64,000 nucleotides of DNA from Deltaproteobacteria bacterium (lineage in GTDB: Bacteria; Myxococcota_A; Polyangia; Fen-1088): positions 128,001 through 192,000 of the forward strand of contig JANRKS010000007.1 of the NCBI GenBank assembly GCA_033763315.1. Reading direction: 5' to 3'. Position 1 is the first letter of the stretch; the number at the start of each line of letters is the position of its first letter. Of this stretch, positions 29,711 through 40,713 are shown piece after piece. The position numbers and the translations under genes are program-made. Below the pieces are notes generated by a model. That model was not told where the DNA came from. It was given only the letters and a program-made list of their open reading frames with translations, and searched no databases.

Positions 29711-31921
29711 TTACGTCGCTTCAAACCACAGCACGCCCAACGGCGGCAACGTGATCTCCGCCGAACAAGGGAAGCCATGGTGAGGCACGTTTTGCGCCAC
29801 CACACCCCCGGCGTTACCCACGTTGCTGCCGCCCCATACGGCCGCGTCGGTGTTCATGACTTCACGGTAGTTGCCGCCGCGAGGCAAGCCCAAGCGGTAT
29901 CCGAAGCGAGGCACGGGAGCGAAGTTGCCCACGCACACCAGCAGCCGATCGGTTGTGGTGGATTTGCGCACGAACGCGATCACGTTGTCATCGGCCGAAT
30001 GCGAATCGATCCATTGAAATCCTTCGGGACCAAAATCACTGTCCCACAACGCGGGTTCAGCGCGATAGGCACGGTTCAGATCAGCCACCAGCCATTGCAG
30101 GCCTTTGTGATCGTCGCCGTACAACACGTGCCAGTCCAAACTTTGGTTGTGCTTCCACTCTTGCCATTGGCCAATCTCTTGGCCCATGAACAGCAGCTTC
30201 TTGCCTGGGTGGGCCCACATATAGCCGTAAAGCGCGCGAAGGTTGGCGAACTTTTGCCACCGGTCGCCCGGCATTTTGTCGAGCATCGAGCCTTTGCCAT
30301 GCACAACTTCGTCGTGCGAAAACGGCAGCACAAAGTTTTCGCTCCAGGCGTAGACCAAACCAAACGTGAGATCGTTGTGATGGTAACGACGGTAGACCGA
30401 ATCTTTCGAGAAATACGAAAGCGTGTCGTGCATCCAGCCCATGTTCCACTTGAAACCGAAACCCAAGCCGCCGAGGTAACTTGGGCGGCTGACGCCCGGC
30501 CACGCCGTTGATTCTTCGGCCACCATCAACACGCCCGGATGATCACGGTGGATCACTTCGTTGAGTTCGCGCAGGAAACCCACGGCTTCCAAGTTCTCGC
30601 GACCGCCGTATTGGTTCGGCACCCACTCGCCTTCTTTGCGGCTGTAGTCGAGGTAAAGCATCGACGCCACCGCGTCCACGCGCAAGCCATCGATGTGGAA
30701 CCGATCAAAGAAGGAAATGGCGCTTGCGATCAAAAAGTTGCGCACTTCGCGGCGGCCGAAATTGAATACGAACGTGCCCCAGTCAGGGTGCTCGCCTTGG
30801 CGTGCATCTAAGTGTTCGAACAAAGCCGTTCCATCGAAGCGGCCCAAGGCAAATTCGTCTTTGGGAAAATGAGCGGGCACCCAATCCACCAGCACGCCGA
30901 AGCCGCGTTGGTGCAAGTAATCCACGAAAAACTTGAAATCATCGGGCGTGCCGAAGCGGCACGTGGGCGCAAAATACCCCGTGACTTGATACCCCCACGA
31001 ACCGTCGAAGGGGTGCTCGAACACAGGCAAAAGTTCAACGTGGGTAAAGCCCATCTGGCCAAGGTAATCGGCCACCTGCGGGGCCAAGTCGCGGTAGTTC
31101 AACACACGATTGTCATCGCCGCGGCGCCACGAGCCCAGGTGCATTTCGTAAATTGAAAGCGGCGCCTTCCACGGATTGGCCGCGGAGCGTTTGGCCATCC
31201 AGGCATCGTCACCGAACGCATACGACGACTTCCATACCACCGAAGCGTTGTGAGGTGGGTGATCGGCGTATTGAGCATAGGGATCGGCCTTGAGCACGAT
31301 GCCGCCGCCCGCTTTGCGAATCTCGAATTTATAGTGCGTCCCCACGCCCACGTCGGGAACGAACAATTCCCAAATGCCTGAGCCGCCCAAGAGGCGCATC
31401 GGGTGAATGCGCCCATCCCAACCGTTGAAGTCGGCCACCACACTTACGCCGCGCGCGTTTGGCGCCCACACAGTGAAGGCCACGCCCCATTGTTCACCCA
31501 AACGCACAACATGCGCGCCCATCTTGTCGTAGATGCGCTCATGGCGGCCTTCGCCGATGAGGTGCAGATCCAATTCGCCGAGCGTGGGCAAAAAGCAGTA
31601 GGGATCGGTTTGTTCGTGGCTTGAGCCGTCGCGGTAGCGCAGACGTAAGCGGTAACCAAACACCTCGGTGCGGCCTGGCACCTCAGCTGCAAACAAGCCC
31701 GCGTCGTGCACTTTCCGCAATGGAACCACGCCCAGGCCATCGGCAACCACGCTCACTTCCAGCGCGTGCGGTTGAAACACCCGGACCACGACGCCCGTTG
31801 GCGTCACATGCGCCCCCAACAAACTGTGCGGGTCGTGATGCTCGAGCGACAAAAAGCGATCAAGTTCAGCGGCTGAAATACCAGCAATCAACTTATCAGC
31901 AGAGGCGAGCGCGGTGGTCAT
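29711..31921 (-). CDS. glgB: 1,4-alpha-glucan branching enzyme
   Basis: VWAPNA, YEMHLGSW, WGYQ, DWVPAHF, GLRVDAVASM, AEESTAW, SHDEVVHGK. Confidence 0.97.
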   Translation of the reverse strand: MTTALASADKLIAGISAAELDRFLSLEHHDPHSLLGAHVTPTGVVVRVFQPHALEVSVVADGLGVVPLRKVHDAGLFAAEVPGRTEVFGYRLRLRYRDGSSHEQTDPYCFLPTLGELDLHLIGEGRHERIYDKMGAHVVRLGEQWGVAFTVWAPNARGVSVVADFNGWDGRIHPMRLLGGSGIWELFVPDVGVGTHYKFEIRKAGGGIVLKADPYAQYADHPPHNASVVWKSSYAFGDDAWMAKRSAANPWKAPLSIYEMHLGSWRRGDDNRVLNYRDLAPQVADYLGQMGFTHVELLPVFEHPFDGSWGYQVTGYFAPTCRFGTPDDFKFFVDYLHQRGFGVLVDWVPAHFPKDEFALGRFDGTALFEHLDARQGEHPDWGTFVFNFGRREVRNFLIASAISFFDRFHIDGLRVDAVASMLYLDYSRKEGEWVPNQYGGRENLEAVGFLRELNEVIHRDHPGVLMVAEESTAWPGVSRPSYLGGLGFGFKWNMGWMHDTLSYFSKDSVYRRYHHNDLTFGLVYAWSENFVLPFSHDEVVHGKGSMLDKMPGDRWQKFANLRALYGYMWAHPGKKLLFMGQEIGQWQEWKHNQSLDWHVLYGDDHKGLQWLVADLNRAYRAEPALWDSDFGPEGFQWIDSHSADDNVIAFVRKSTTTDRLLVCVGNFAPVPRFGYRLGLPRGGNYREVMNTDAAVWGGSNVGNAGGVVAQNVPHHGFPCSAEITLPPLGVLWFEAT

Positions 31922-31983
31922 GATCGAAGTCCTGAAAGAGGGAGCCACAGGAAGAGTATCAGGCAGAGGCAACCCGCGGCCGT

Positions 31984-34404
31984 TTAACTGGGCTGTTTCA
32001 CGCCCACGGCCCTGGCCAACGTCGATAAAGCTGGCATCCAGTCAGGGTGGGAGCGGAAACCAAGGTAAACCAACTCTTGTGCACGCCCCAGATTGGGCTT
32101 GAGACCCAAGGCGTCGCTCAACTGCGCCAGTGACGTGGCGGCAGCGAAGCGCTCTTGTGACGGATCGGCCAGCGCGCCCGAAACCACGTCGGCCAGCGTG
32201 CGGCCAAACAAACGGCCGGCTTTGCTAGTGTCGATCTTGTAGCCGCGGCGTTTGACTTCGGCGGCGATTTGCAGCGCGCGTTCATACGCCTGCGGATCGA
32301 AGCTGCCATGCGCGCGCCGAATTTCTTCCTCGAAGCGCTTGCCCAGCGTGAACTCCGCGGCGCGCACCAACTCCTCGGGCAATTCTAAGCCTGCCTCTTG
32401 CAACATATCCAAGATGCGTTGATTGCTCTCAAACATCGCCACATACTGCTGCGAAAACCGCGTGACGATGTTGCCATACACAAGTTCTGAGATGCGATGT
32501 TGGCCCTCTTCCAAGATCGTCTCAAGGCCGAAATCCTCGGGGCCCATGGATTCCTGAATCAAGCGCAACAAACGCGGCAGCGTGGCGGTGCGATACGCGC
32601 TCCAGATCTTCTGGGTGTTGTTGGTGAATGCCTGACCGCCTGGGTAAGGTTGGCACACGCAGTAAAAGTCCACGCCGCCCATGTGCACGGCCGCGAAGCC
32701 CCAATCTGTGAGCCGCCCTGAGGGAATGTCTTCAAGCTCCAAACGCCCCGTGGCCAGCGTGAGACGGCCGTGGCGGTTCTTCTGAAACGAAGTGCGGCAA
32801 TAGCGATAACCCGCCACACTGCCTTCGCCGGGTTCGTCCTCCACCAAGCTCATGATGCCCAAGTGTGCAGCCACTCGATGCATCGACACACGCAGCGGCT
32901 CCACCCACTTGCGGTAAATCTCGGCGCCGTTGCCGTGCTCAGGCACGTTGCTCTTGGCCTCGGCCAACTTCTTCATGAAAGCCTCACGGGGGCTTTCGAT
33001 GCCCAACGCATCCATGTGATCGAACACCCGCTCGGCGTACTTCATGATCTGCACGGTCTCGATGCCCGATAGATCTGCGAAGAACCAGCCACAGCTTGTG
33101 TACATCAACATGGCGTTGCGCTGCATCTCCAGCAGCGACAACGCGCGTTCACGTTCGCGTGTCGTAAGCACACGCGCCTGATGCTGTTGCAGCCACGCTT
33201 CACGCGAGCGGCTGCGATCGAGAACCAACTCGATATAATCGTTGCGCGCTTGCCATGGATCCGTAAACAGCTCGCGGCCTTCGGTGTCGAAGCGTTCGGC
33301 AGCGGCGTCGCGCAAAATGTCCAACGCCTGCCGCAACGGTTGGCGCCACGCCTGGTTCCAGCCCTGTTGTGCGCCTGTATTGCAGCCACAATCGCGATAC
33401 CAGCGGCCCACGCCGTGCGCGCAACTCCACGCCGTGCCCTCACCGTTCGGCCCCGGCTTGATCATCGCCTCCATCGTCGGCGGGTTCTTCTCGATAAACG
33501 CACCATAGTTGGTGACCTCGAAGCCCTGGGCTTGCGCTTGGTGCACAAGCGCGTGCGCCAAGGCAAGTTCCGCAAACTTGGTGTGGTGGCCATAACTTTC
33601 GCCATCCGTGGCGATGTGAACCAACTTGGTCTCTGCGTTTGCGCCCATCGACAAGCGCGTGATCAGCGCTTGGCTTGAAGCCAGCGCACCCTCGAACGCA
33701 ATCGATCGCGACTTGGGCCCGTCATAGAAAAACAACGCAATCGATCGTCCAGATCCGTCTTTGTGAAAGTAGCGGTAGGGCATGGAAGGATCCACGCTGC
33801 CGTCGCCCACGTAGCGCCACGAATGCTGAGAAGATTTGCCGTCGTCGGCCAAGGGACGCACCTGCTCGGCTTGGTGCGGAGACAAAATCACGTAGACCAT
33901 GCCCTCGTCAATCAATGTGCCCAGCGTCTCATCGTTGCAGGCCGTTTCAGGCAACCACAACGATTCAGGCTTGCGGCCAAAGCGGTGCACGAAATCAGCG
34001 ATGCCCCAGCGCACCTGGGTGATCCTGTCTCGCTCGTTGCACAAAGGCAGAATCGTGTGGTTGTAACCTTGCGCGATGGCGCTCCCGTGGCCCCACCGCT
34101 GGGCGCTTTGGCGGTCGGCTTCAAGCACCCGCAAATACGTGGCCGGGTGCCGCGTCTGCAACCACGACAGCAGCGTCGGCCCGAAGTTGAAGCTCAAAAA
34201 TGAGTAGTTGTTGACGATCTTTTCGATGTACCCAAAATCGCCCACCACCCGGGCGAAGGCGTTCGGCCGATAACATTCGTGGTAAATGCGCTCGTTCCAG
34301 TCATGTTCTGGATAGGCGCTGGGCTCTCTGTCAACGTTGCCCGTCCACGGGTTTTCCCGAGGCGGTTGGTAAAAATGGCCGTGAATCACAAGCGCAGTCG
34401 ACAT
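31984..34404 (-). CDS. GH57 glycoside hydrolase with DUF3536
   Basis: HGHFYQPPRENPW, SFNFGPTL, WLPETA, ATDGESYGHH, WSCAHGVGRW, MYTSCGWFF. Confidence 0.93.
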   Translation of the reverse strand: MSTALVIHGHFYQPPRENPWTGNVDREPSAYPEHDWNERIYHECYRPNAFARVVGDFGYIEKIVNNYSFLSFNFGPTLLSWLQTRHPATYLRVLEADRQSAQRWGHGSAIAQGYNHTILPLCNERDRITQVRWGIADFVHRFGRKPESLWLPETACNDETLGTLIDEGMVYVILSPHQAEQVRPLADDGKSSQHSWRYVGDGSVDPSMPYRYFHKDGSGRSIALFFYDGPKSRSIAFEGALASSQALITRLSMGANAETKLVHIATDGESYGHHTKFAELALAHALVHQAQAQGFEVTNYGAFIEKNPPTMEAMIKPGPNGEGTAWSCAHGVGRWYRDCGCNTGAQQGWNQAWRQPLRQALDILRDAAAERFDTEGRELFTDPWQARNDYIELVLDRSRSREAWLQQHQARVLTTRERERALSLLEMQRNAMLMYTSCGWFFADLSGIETVQIMKYAERVFDHMDALGIESPREAFMKKLAEAKSNVPEHGNGAEIYRKWVEPLRVSMHRVAAHLGIMSLVEDEPGEGSVAGYRYCRTSFQKNRHGRLTLATGRLELEDIPSGRLTDWGFAAVHMGGVDFYCVCQPYPGGQAFTNNTQKIWSAYRTATLPRLLRLIQESMGPEDFGLETILEEGQHRISELVYGNIVTRFSQQYVAMFESNQRILDMLQEAGLELPEELVRAAEFTLGKRFEEEIRRAHGSFDPQAYERALQIAAEVKRRGYKIDTSKAGRLFGRTLADVVSGALADPSQERFAAATSLAQLSDALGLKPNLGRAQELVYLGFRSHPDWMPALSTLARAVGVKQPS

Positions 34405-34501
34405 TGGGGCGAGATTACCCCACGCGTGAACACTCGCCTACCCACGCGCCGCGAAAACACGCGAATTCACGCGCAATGTTTCGCCTTCACGGCAGTCAAA
34501 C

Positions 34502-34538
34502 CTTGACAGACACAGACCCAGGGTAAAAGGATGTCAAG
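34502..34538. promoter_or_regulatory. Inverted repeat CTTGACA-N23-TGTCAAG upstream of TetR (possible -35 box or operator)
   Basis: Perfect 7-bp inverted repeat containing TTGACA in the divergent GH57/TetR intergenic region. Confidence 0.4.
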
Positions 34539-34543
34539 TTACA

Positions 34544-35224
34544 GTGTCAGGAGCCCACGAATTGTCAGCCGACGATAAAACCGAGAATTTGGGGCGACGC
34601 GAACGGCGCAAGCAACAAACACGGCGTGCGCTGCTTGACGCGGCCATGGAATTGTTCGCCGATCGGGGCCTTTACGCAACCCGCCTTGAGGACATCACCG
34701 AGCGGGCCGACCTGGGCAAAGGCGCCTTCTACAACTACTTCGAGTCGAAGGACGCGCTGATTGCGGAGCTCATTTCCGAGGGCGTCCAGCGCGTTTCCGA
34801 CAACCTCGAAAACATTGACCGCAGCGGCACTTTCAAAGAGCGCGTGGCCTTCGTGGCACAAGAACACGAACGCTTCTTTGACGAGCACCCCGAACAAATC
34901 GTTTTGTTCCACCAGGCGCGCGGCCTTCTGAAGGTGAAGTCGCAAGGGACAAGCCGCTTGCGCAACGCCTTCGCGAGCTATTTACTGATGATTGGCGCGG
35001 CTTTGTGGGGTCCCGAGTGCGTGGAGTTGGCCGGCGAGGTGGAAGAGCGCCGGCTGGACACCGCCACCGCACTGGTGGGTGCCATCGCCGGTTATCGTTC
35101 GTTCCGCATGGCTGTGGGGGCCCCGGTTAAAGCCGAGACCATCGTGGGCATGTTGACGTCCGGCTTGCCCGACGACGCGTCTGTGGGCTCTATCGTGTCG
35201 GTGAACGCGAAAAGGCCCGCCTAG
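34544..35224 (+). CDS. TetR/AcrR family regulator
   Basis: RRERRK..TR..LLDAA..LF...G...T.LEDITERADLGKGAFYNYFESK. Confidence 0.93.
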   Translation: MSGAHELSADDKTENLGRRERRKQQTRRALLDAAMELFADRGLYATRLEDITERADLGKGAFYNYFESKDALIAELISEGVQRVSDNLENIDRSGTFKERVAFVAQEHERFFDEHPEQIVLFHQARGLLKVKSQGTSRLRNAFASYLLMIGAALWGPECVELAGEVEERRLDTATALVGAIAGYRSFRMAVGAPVKAETIVGMLTSGLPDDASVGSIVSVNAKRPA

Positions 35225-35275
35225 GCAGACCCGACTAGAGACACAGCGCGGGCCCTGGCGTTAGGCTGCAGGCCC

Positions 35276-36103
35276 ATGAACGACGTTTCGTCTGTGTTTC
35301 CATTCGCGGGGGCCCTTGCCGCCAAAGTTGGGTTGGTCACCGGCGCATCGGGCGGCATCGGCCGCGCCTTGGCGCTGGGCTTGGCCCGTGCCGGTGCCGA
35401 CGTGGGCGTTCACACGTTCGATGACGTACCGGGCGGCGAGGAAACGGTGGCGCAAATCCAGGCGCTGGGCCGCAAGGCGTGGCTTGTCAAGGCCGACATC
35501 CGCAACGTGACCGAGATCAACGCCATGATTGAAGCCGTGCATTCACACGGCGGGCGATTGGACGTGCTGGTGAACAACGCCGGCATCACGGGTTGGAACG
35601 CCGCTTTGGATGTGACGGAAGCTTTGTGGGATCAAGTGATCGACACGAACTTGAAAGGCACGTTTTTTTGCACCACGGCGGCCGCTCGCAAAATGCGGCA
35701 AACAGGCGGCGGTTCCATCATCAACGTTTCTACGGTTGTGGCGCTCACGGTTATGCAAAACCTCACCGTGTATGCGGCAAGCAAAGCCGGCATTCAGTCG
35801 CTCACGCGGCAACTGGCGGTGGAGTTGGCGCCCTTTGGTGTGCGGGTAAACGCCATTGCGCCGGGGCCCACCCTGGTGCCACGGACGTTGGCCGACGATC
35901 CTGATTACGCCGCCAACTGGAGCCAAGTGATGCCGCTTGGGCGCGTGGCTGTTCCCGAAGATATGGTGGGCGCCGTGTTGTTCTTCGCCACGCAAGCCAG
36001 TGGCCTTGTGACGGGGCAATTGATCGCGATCGACGGTGGCATGACACTGCCCGGCCGCGTGCCGCAAGAAAGTTTGGATCGCGGTTTGGCCCGCAACAGT
36101 TGA
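35276..36103 (+). CDS. Short-chain dehydrogenase/reductase
   Basis: TGASGGIG, NNAG, YAASK, VNAIAPG. Confidence 0.95.
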   Translation: MNDVSSVFPFAGALAAKVGLVTGASGGIGRALALGLARAGADVGVHTFDDVPGGEETVAQIQALGRKAWLVKADIRNVTEINAMIEAVHSHGGRLDVLVNNAGITGWNAALDVTEALWDQVIDTNLKGTFFCTTAAARKMRQTGGGSIINVSTVVALTVMQNLTVYAASKAGIQSLTRQLAVELAPFGVRVNAIAPGPTLVPRTLADDPDYAANWSQVMPLGRVAVPEDMVGAVLFFATQASGLVTGQLIAIDGGMTLPGRVPQESLDRGLARNS

Positions 36104-36110
36104 TCCGCCG

Positions 36111-36617
36111 TTAGTGCCCGCGTGCGAACAGCGCCGGTTCAGCCACGGGCTCAAGCGTGAGGCCCAAGCGCTGCGCCAACGCCTTCGCGTCGAACGCCTC
36201 GTTGTCCCGCTCTTCATCGCTGGCGCCGTGACGGCGCAGGAATTCAACCACAGTGCTGCTGGGCAGTGACACGATGACCGCTTGCCATAACACGGAGCTG
36301 CCTGCGAAATCGCGTGCGTTCACATCGGCGCCATAGGTGACCAGAAGGTACGCGAGCGACAAGTGCCGCTGACGGGCGGCGTGGTGCAAGGGCGTGCAGC
36401 CCGATTGGTCGCGCGCGTTCACGTCGGCCCCAGCATCGAGCAACAGCCGCACGGCATCGCAATCGGCGCCATCGACGGCCAAGTGAAGCGGGGTGCGGTG
36501 ATCTTCGTCGCGGGCTTCGGTGCTGGTGCCCCGGGATAGCAGCTTTGTCATCCAAGCCAGATCGCTAAAGGCGGTGGCGTCGAGCAGTTGTTGTTCCGGC
36601 GGGTACGGATGATCCAT
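36111..36617 (-). CDS. Ankyrin repeat protein
   Basis: TPLHLA...LLDAGADVNARD, TPLHHAA...GADVNARD. Confidence 0.88.
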   Translation of the reverse strand: MDHPYPPEQQLLDATAFSDLAWMTKLLSRGTSTEARDEDHRTPLHLAVDGADCDAVRLLLDAGADVNARDQSGCTPLHHAARQRHLSLAYLLVTYGADVNARDFAGSSVLWQAVIVSLPSSTVVEFLRRHGASDEERDNEAFDAKALAQRLGLTLEPVAEPALFARGH

Positions 36618-36675
36618 TCGTCTTCGTTTGTGCCCTCGGGTGCCGATCGGGTCAAGAAAGTGATCAACGTCGTTA

Positions 36676-37878
36676 TCAAGCACGACGACTGGCTTTGGCG
36701 GCACGGTATGCACGCAGCGGCATCAGCGACGCCCCCACCGCCGTAAGCGTGCCCATCACCATCATCGCCGCCGTGGGCGACATGGTTTGCGGGTTTGCGA
36801 AACTTATGAGCCCAAGCACGGGTCCGACGACGTAACCCACGCCCACCAGCGCCTCGAACTTGCCACCCGCGTCCACTTGGGCTTGGCCCACGGACATGCT
36901 GTAGTAAAGGGAGGTGTAGTAAAGCACGCCCATGCCGCAACCGAACGCGGCCAGACCACAGACACACAGCCAGGCCCACGAAGCCACCAAAGCAACAGCG
37001 CTGCCCGCGAACAAGGCGACGGCACCAAACAGCAACGGCGGCCAGCGGCCGTGCCAAAATGAACTGCGCCACAAAACAATCAATGTCATAAACCGCGCCA
37101 CCATCCACGTCGCAGCCCATACGGGCGCCATCGTGGTGCTCATGCCGAGATCGCGCAACGCCGAAGGCAAAACGGGCGATAGGGCAGAGCAGATGATGTA
37201 TGAACACGGCAGCAGCCATGTGGTGGCACGCGCCAAATGAGGATACTCACGACCAACCGCCTCTTGCGACGAAGCTTCGTCGTGATGCGCGGGTTGTGGT
37301 GCAAAGCCGGCGACGATCAAACCAGACACAAGGTTGAACACAGCGCATAGGCCCAGCGTCGCAAGCACGTTCCACCGCGCCACCAAAGGCATCAGCAGCA
37401 GCGGCACGGCCACACTCGATGTCCACGTCAAGTTGTAGCGCCCCATGGCCTGTCGCATGGCGGCCCCGTGGCGGCCCGCGGTGAGATAGCTTTCCATCAT
37501 CGGCCACACCAACGCCGAGGTGACGCTGCCACCCAAGGCAGCGATCCAAAGCGCCGGCTCCCACATGGCAGCGAACAACAAGGGTACGCAGGCAAACGCG
37601 CCCCACGTCCACAAGGCACCGATCATCACCGCGCGCACCGAAGCCCAACGCGAGAGCTTTCGCGTCACAGGCCCCGACGCCAAAGCGCCGCCGATGTAGG
37701 CTACGCCCATCACGGAAGCCAACGCCAAGTTGCGCGCTGAAGAGAACGCAAAGGCACGTGCCGTGACGAAAAAGATAGCGCTCCAAAACGCACCGCCGCT
37801 GACCGAAGCCAAGAATGTGGCCGGCAGAAGTTTAGAAAGGGACGTCGGCCTCGAATTGGGCGGCGGCAAAGTGCTCAC
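36676..37878 (-). CDS. MFS-type membrane transporter
   Basis: ~12 hydrophobic segments in a two-halves arrangement. Confidence 0.8.
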   Translation of the reverse strand: MSTLPPPNSRPTSLSKLLPATFLASVSGGAFWSAIFFVTARAFAFSSARNLALASVMGVAYIGGALASGPVTRKLSRWASVRAVMIGALWTWGAFACVPLLFAAMWEPALWIAALGGSVTSALVWPMMESYLTAGRHGAAMRQAMGRYNLTWTSSVAVPLLLMPLVARWNVLATLGLCAVFNLVSGLIVAGFAPQPAHHDEASSQEAVGREYPHLARATTWLLPCSYIICSALSPVLPSALRDLGMSTTMAPVWAATWMVARFMTLIVLWRSSFWHGRWPPLLFGAVALFAGSAVALVASWAWLCVCGLAAFGCGMGVLYYTSLYYSMSVGQAQVDAGGKFEALVGVGYVVGPVLGLISFANPQTMSPTAAMMVMGTLTAVGASLMPLRAYRAAKASRRA

Positions 37879-38045
37879 AAATTCCTTTTACTGTAAAACG
37901 AATCCGCCACGTCGGCGTTCGCGTCAACATATTGCACGCGTGCCTCGTTGCCCTGGCCCGCAGCAGGAACTGCCATCGCACGGGATGAGCGAACGATCGT
38001 TCGCTTTATGGCAAGCGTCCGGTGAATGTGTTAGCTGTGAGCTTG

Positions 38046-38270
38046 ATGCGTAGCCTGACACATGGGTTGGTGCTGGGTTTGCTGACCCTTGCAGGTGGCA
38101 GTGCCTGCGCCTTGAGGCAGCCTCCCCCGGTTTCGCCGGCCCGGCATCTGTGCCTCACCGACTGCGCGCGCGGCAAGGATCGGTGCTTGGTAGAGGCCCC
38201 CACGGCCTCGGCTATTTTCGCCTGCGACGAACGCGCCAGCGCCTGCGTCGCAAGCTGCCCTCACCCGTGA
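38046..38270 (+). CDS. Small Cys-rich lipoprotein
   Basis: Signal peptide ending GSAC; CX3CX6C...CX6CX3C pattern. Confidence 0.6.
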   Translation: MRSLTHGLVLGLLTLAGGSACALRQPPPVSPARHLCLTDCARGKDRCLVEAPTASAIFACDERASACVASCPHP

Positions 38271-38278
38271 GTGTGAAC

Positions 38279-38977
38279 ATGTCGCATCCTGACTCCCTGC
38301 CAGCGGCAGCCATCGCGGCGTCTTTGCTTTTGATTGCCAGCTGCGTTCCAGCCGCCTACACCATTCCGAGACCCGACCAGCCTCACGCCATCGTGAAGAT
38401 GAGGCGGGTTTATCATGGTGCATCTGGCGAAACCCTCAGCGAGACAGCAGGGATCGATGGCCATCCGTTGTTTGCGCAGGCGAGGCCGAGCTCGCAGGCT
38501 GCGCCTGATACGGCGGTGATGCGTGTTCACCCTGTGGCGGCCGACTGGCAGTGGTCGTCGGTGTTCTGGCATGTGGAAATGCGCTGGGTCCAGGAGGCCT
38601 ACACCGTCTATACCTCGAGGCTTGTCTCCGAAACCAACTATCGCTCTGAATCCTATAGTTGCGGTAGTTACTCAAGTCGGGGCTACGCTTCGAGCACATG
38701 CTACCGATCTGTGCCGTACACAACGATGGTCACGAAGCAAGTGCCTGAAACCCACTATCGCACCGTCCAGCGCCCCGTCTCTGTGACGGATGCAGACTGC
38801 CCTAGAGCGTTTTCATTTCACCCCACCGTGAATGCGGTCTATCTGCTCGAATACAGCTACATGGGGCCAGGCGTGTGCTCAATCGCGTGCCTTATCCAGA
38901 GCTCAGACAGCGTGGGGGAAGCTCAAAACCACCCATGCTCTCCCGCCGAGTTCGGACCGCCTCGACGCCGCCATTAG
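38279..38977 (+). CDS. Hypothetical lipoprotein
   Basis: Lipobox IASC; Tyr/Thr-rich extended segment (VPYTTMVTKQVPETHYRTV). Confidence 0.65.
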   Translation: MSHPDSLPAAAIAASLLLIASCVPAAYTIPRPDQPHAIVKMRRVYHGASGETLSETAGIDGHPLFAQARPSSQAAPDTAVMRVHPVAADWQWSSVFWHVEMRWVQEAYTVYTSRLVSETNYRSESYSCGSYSSRGYASSTCYRSVPYTTMVTKQVPETHYRTVQRPVSVTDADCPRAFSFHPTVNAVYLLEYSYMGPGVCSIACLIQSSDSVGEAQNHPCSPAEFGPPRRRH

Positions 38978-39077
38978 CCGATTGTATTTTGCAAACTCCA
39001 CTCGCTACGAATGCCGCAAGCGGCTTGAGCACCGGCGTTAGGGGAATCCCCAGTAAACTCACGAGCCGCCGCTGAGT

Positions 39078-40454
39078 TCACAGGTCCTTTCGCACGGTAA
39101 ACGAATCCGCCACCGCAGCGTTGCCGTCAACATACTGAACACGCACTTCGTTGTCATCGAACGTCAGCACAAGCGAGCCCAAGGTGGCAAACGAGACGGC
39201 CATCGCGGGATGGTTGAGCCCCATGAAGCGGCGACCAAGTTCTCCCGACGCGCCCGCCACCACATACACGGTGCCGCCGCGGGGGCGCGCCGCTTTGTAA
39301 AAAACAACGTTGTTGCCGCCGGTTGCCAATTGGTAGGCGTCTGAATAGGTGCCCGAAGCGCCGTAAAATCCTGCCAACAGATTCGACCGCTCATAATTGT
39401 GGCTGTGTCCCGATAACACCAAATCCACGCCGCCCGCTTCAAGCAACGGCACGATGTTGGTGCGCATTTCGATCATGGTGCGTTCGTGATCTGAATCATG
39501 CGTGCCGCGCGTGTAAGGCGGGTGGTGAAAGAACGCCACCTTCCATGTTGCGTGCGACGCTTGCAGATCTTGCACAAGCCAGCGCGCCATCGCGCCGTTG
39601 GCGCTTCGATCCGTCGCGTATGAATCCAAACACACAAAATGCACAGGTCCATGGTCAAACGCATAAAATGCTTCAGTGCCTGAAGGCACGCCCCCCGCCT
39701 CGCCATCGGTGGGCAACGTGAACACGTCGAAATACGCCGCGTGCCCCGGCGATTGAGATTGATCGTGATTTCCACGCGTGGGCCACAGCGACAAGCGCGC
39801 GATCAGATCCGCATACGTCTCGAACACGGCGGCCTGAAACTCAAGATCAGTGCCGGTGTTGTAGGCGTTGTCGCCCAACATCAGCCACACGTCCGGAAGC
39901 TGGTTGGCTACAAACCGCAGATAGGCGTCGCGCACGCTTCGGGCGCCAGGAGACGCGGTGCCGGCGTCGCCCAAAGCCCACACGCGGACCACAGAGCTTG
40001 CATTCGGCTCGGGCGCTGTATGAAACACCCATGGATTGGGCGCCCCGCTCACTTGCCCCGTTTGGGCGCCCAAACTGTATTCATAGGCTGTGCCTGGGTG
40101 AAGATGTCGCAACGTCACTTCATGTTCGGTGGTGGCCTGGGCAACAACTTCACTGTGCGTCGCCGTGGCGCCGGCGTCGGCATCCCCCACGCCAACCGCC
40201 GTAAAGTGAACGCCACTCTCGGTGGGCACGTCGGTGCGCCAACGCACGACAGCGCTGTGGCTGGTCACGCTTTGCAGGTATGGCCCACGCACCACCCGCG
40301 GCCCCGTATCGTTTTGCGCCCGCGAAGGCGGCTCGGTGACCTGCCAGCGCGCTGAACGCAGGTCGTTCACCAGCCAAAGCGTGGCGACCGCTGCCACAGC
40401 GGCCACCGCGACCAGCGCCAGAACCCTGCGCGCCCCCCGCGACAGACGAATCAC
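39078..40454 (-). CDS. Purple acid phosphatase-type metallophosphoesterase with FN3-like domain
   Basis: RGPYLQ, GDAG, LGDNAY, GNHD, HHPPY, SGHSHNYER. Confidence 0.9.
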   Translation of the reverse strand: MIRLSRGARRVLALVAVAAVAAVATLWLVNDLRSARWQVTEPPSRAQNDTGPRVVRGPYLQSVTSHSAVVRWRTDVPTESGVHFTAVGVGDADAGATATHSEVVAQATTEHEVTLRHLHPGTAYEYSLGAQTGQVSGAPNPWVFHTAPEPNASSVVRVWALGDAGTASPGARSVRDAYLRFVANQLPDVWLMLGDNAYNTGTDLEFQAAVFETYADLIARLSLWPTRGNHDQSQSPGHAAYFDVFTLPTDGEAGGVPSGTEAFYAFDHGPVHFVCLDSYATDRSANGAMARWLVQDLQASHATWKVAFFHHPPYTRGTHDSDHERTMIEMRTNIVPLLEAGGVDLVLSGHSHNYERSNLLAGFYGASGTYSDAYQLATGGNNVVFYKAARPRGGTVYVVAGASGELGRRFMGLNHPAMAVSFATLGSLVLTFDDNEVRVQYVDGNAAVADSFTVRKDL

Positions 40455-40713
40455 GCAATCACGTTCTCGCGCTCACTTGTGGCGACCCTTTGCATTCGGA
40501 CATGGTACATGGGCACAGCACCAGGTCGCCAGCCCTGCATCATGGCGGCGAACGGGATTCGCTGATAGGAGGATAAGAAGCGTTGCCAGGGGAGGCTTCG
40601 AGCTGGCTTGGCAAGGTCGAGCCACTTTCGAGTCAGGTGTGACCGATTCAGACGCGGGCGACGAACCCTGGCTGCCCTCGCAGTCATCCAAGGATTTGTC
40701 ATAAAAGCACCGC

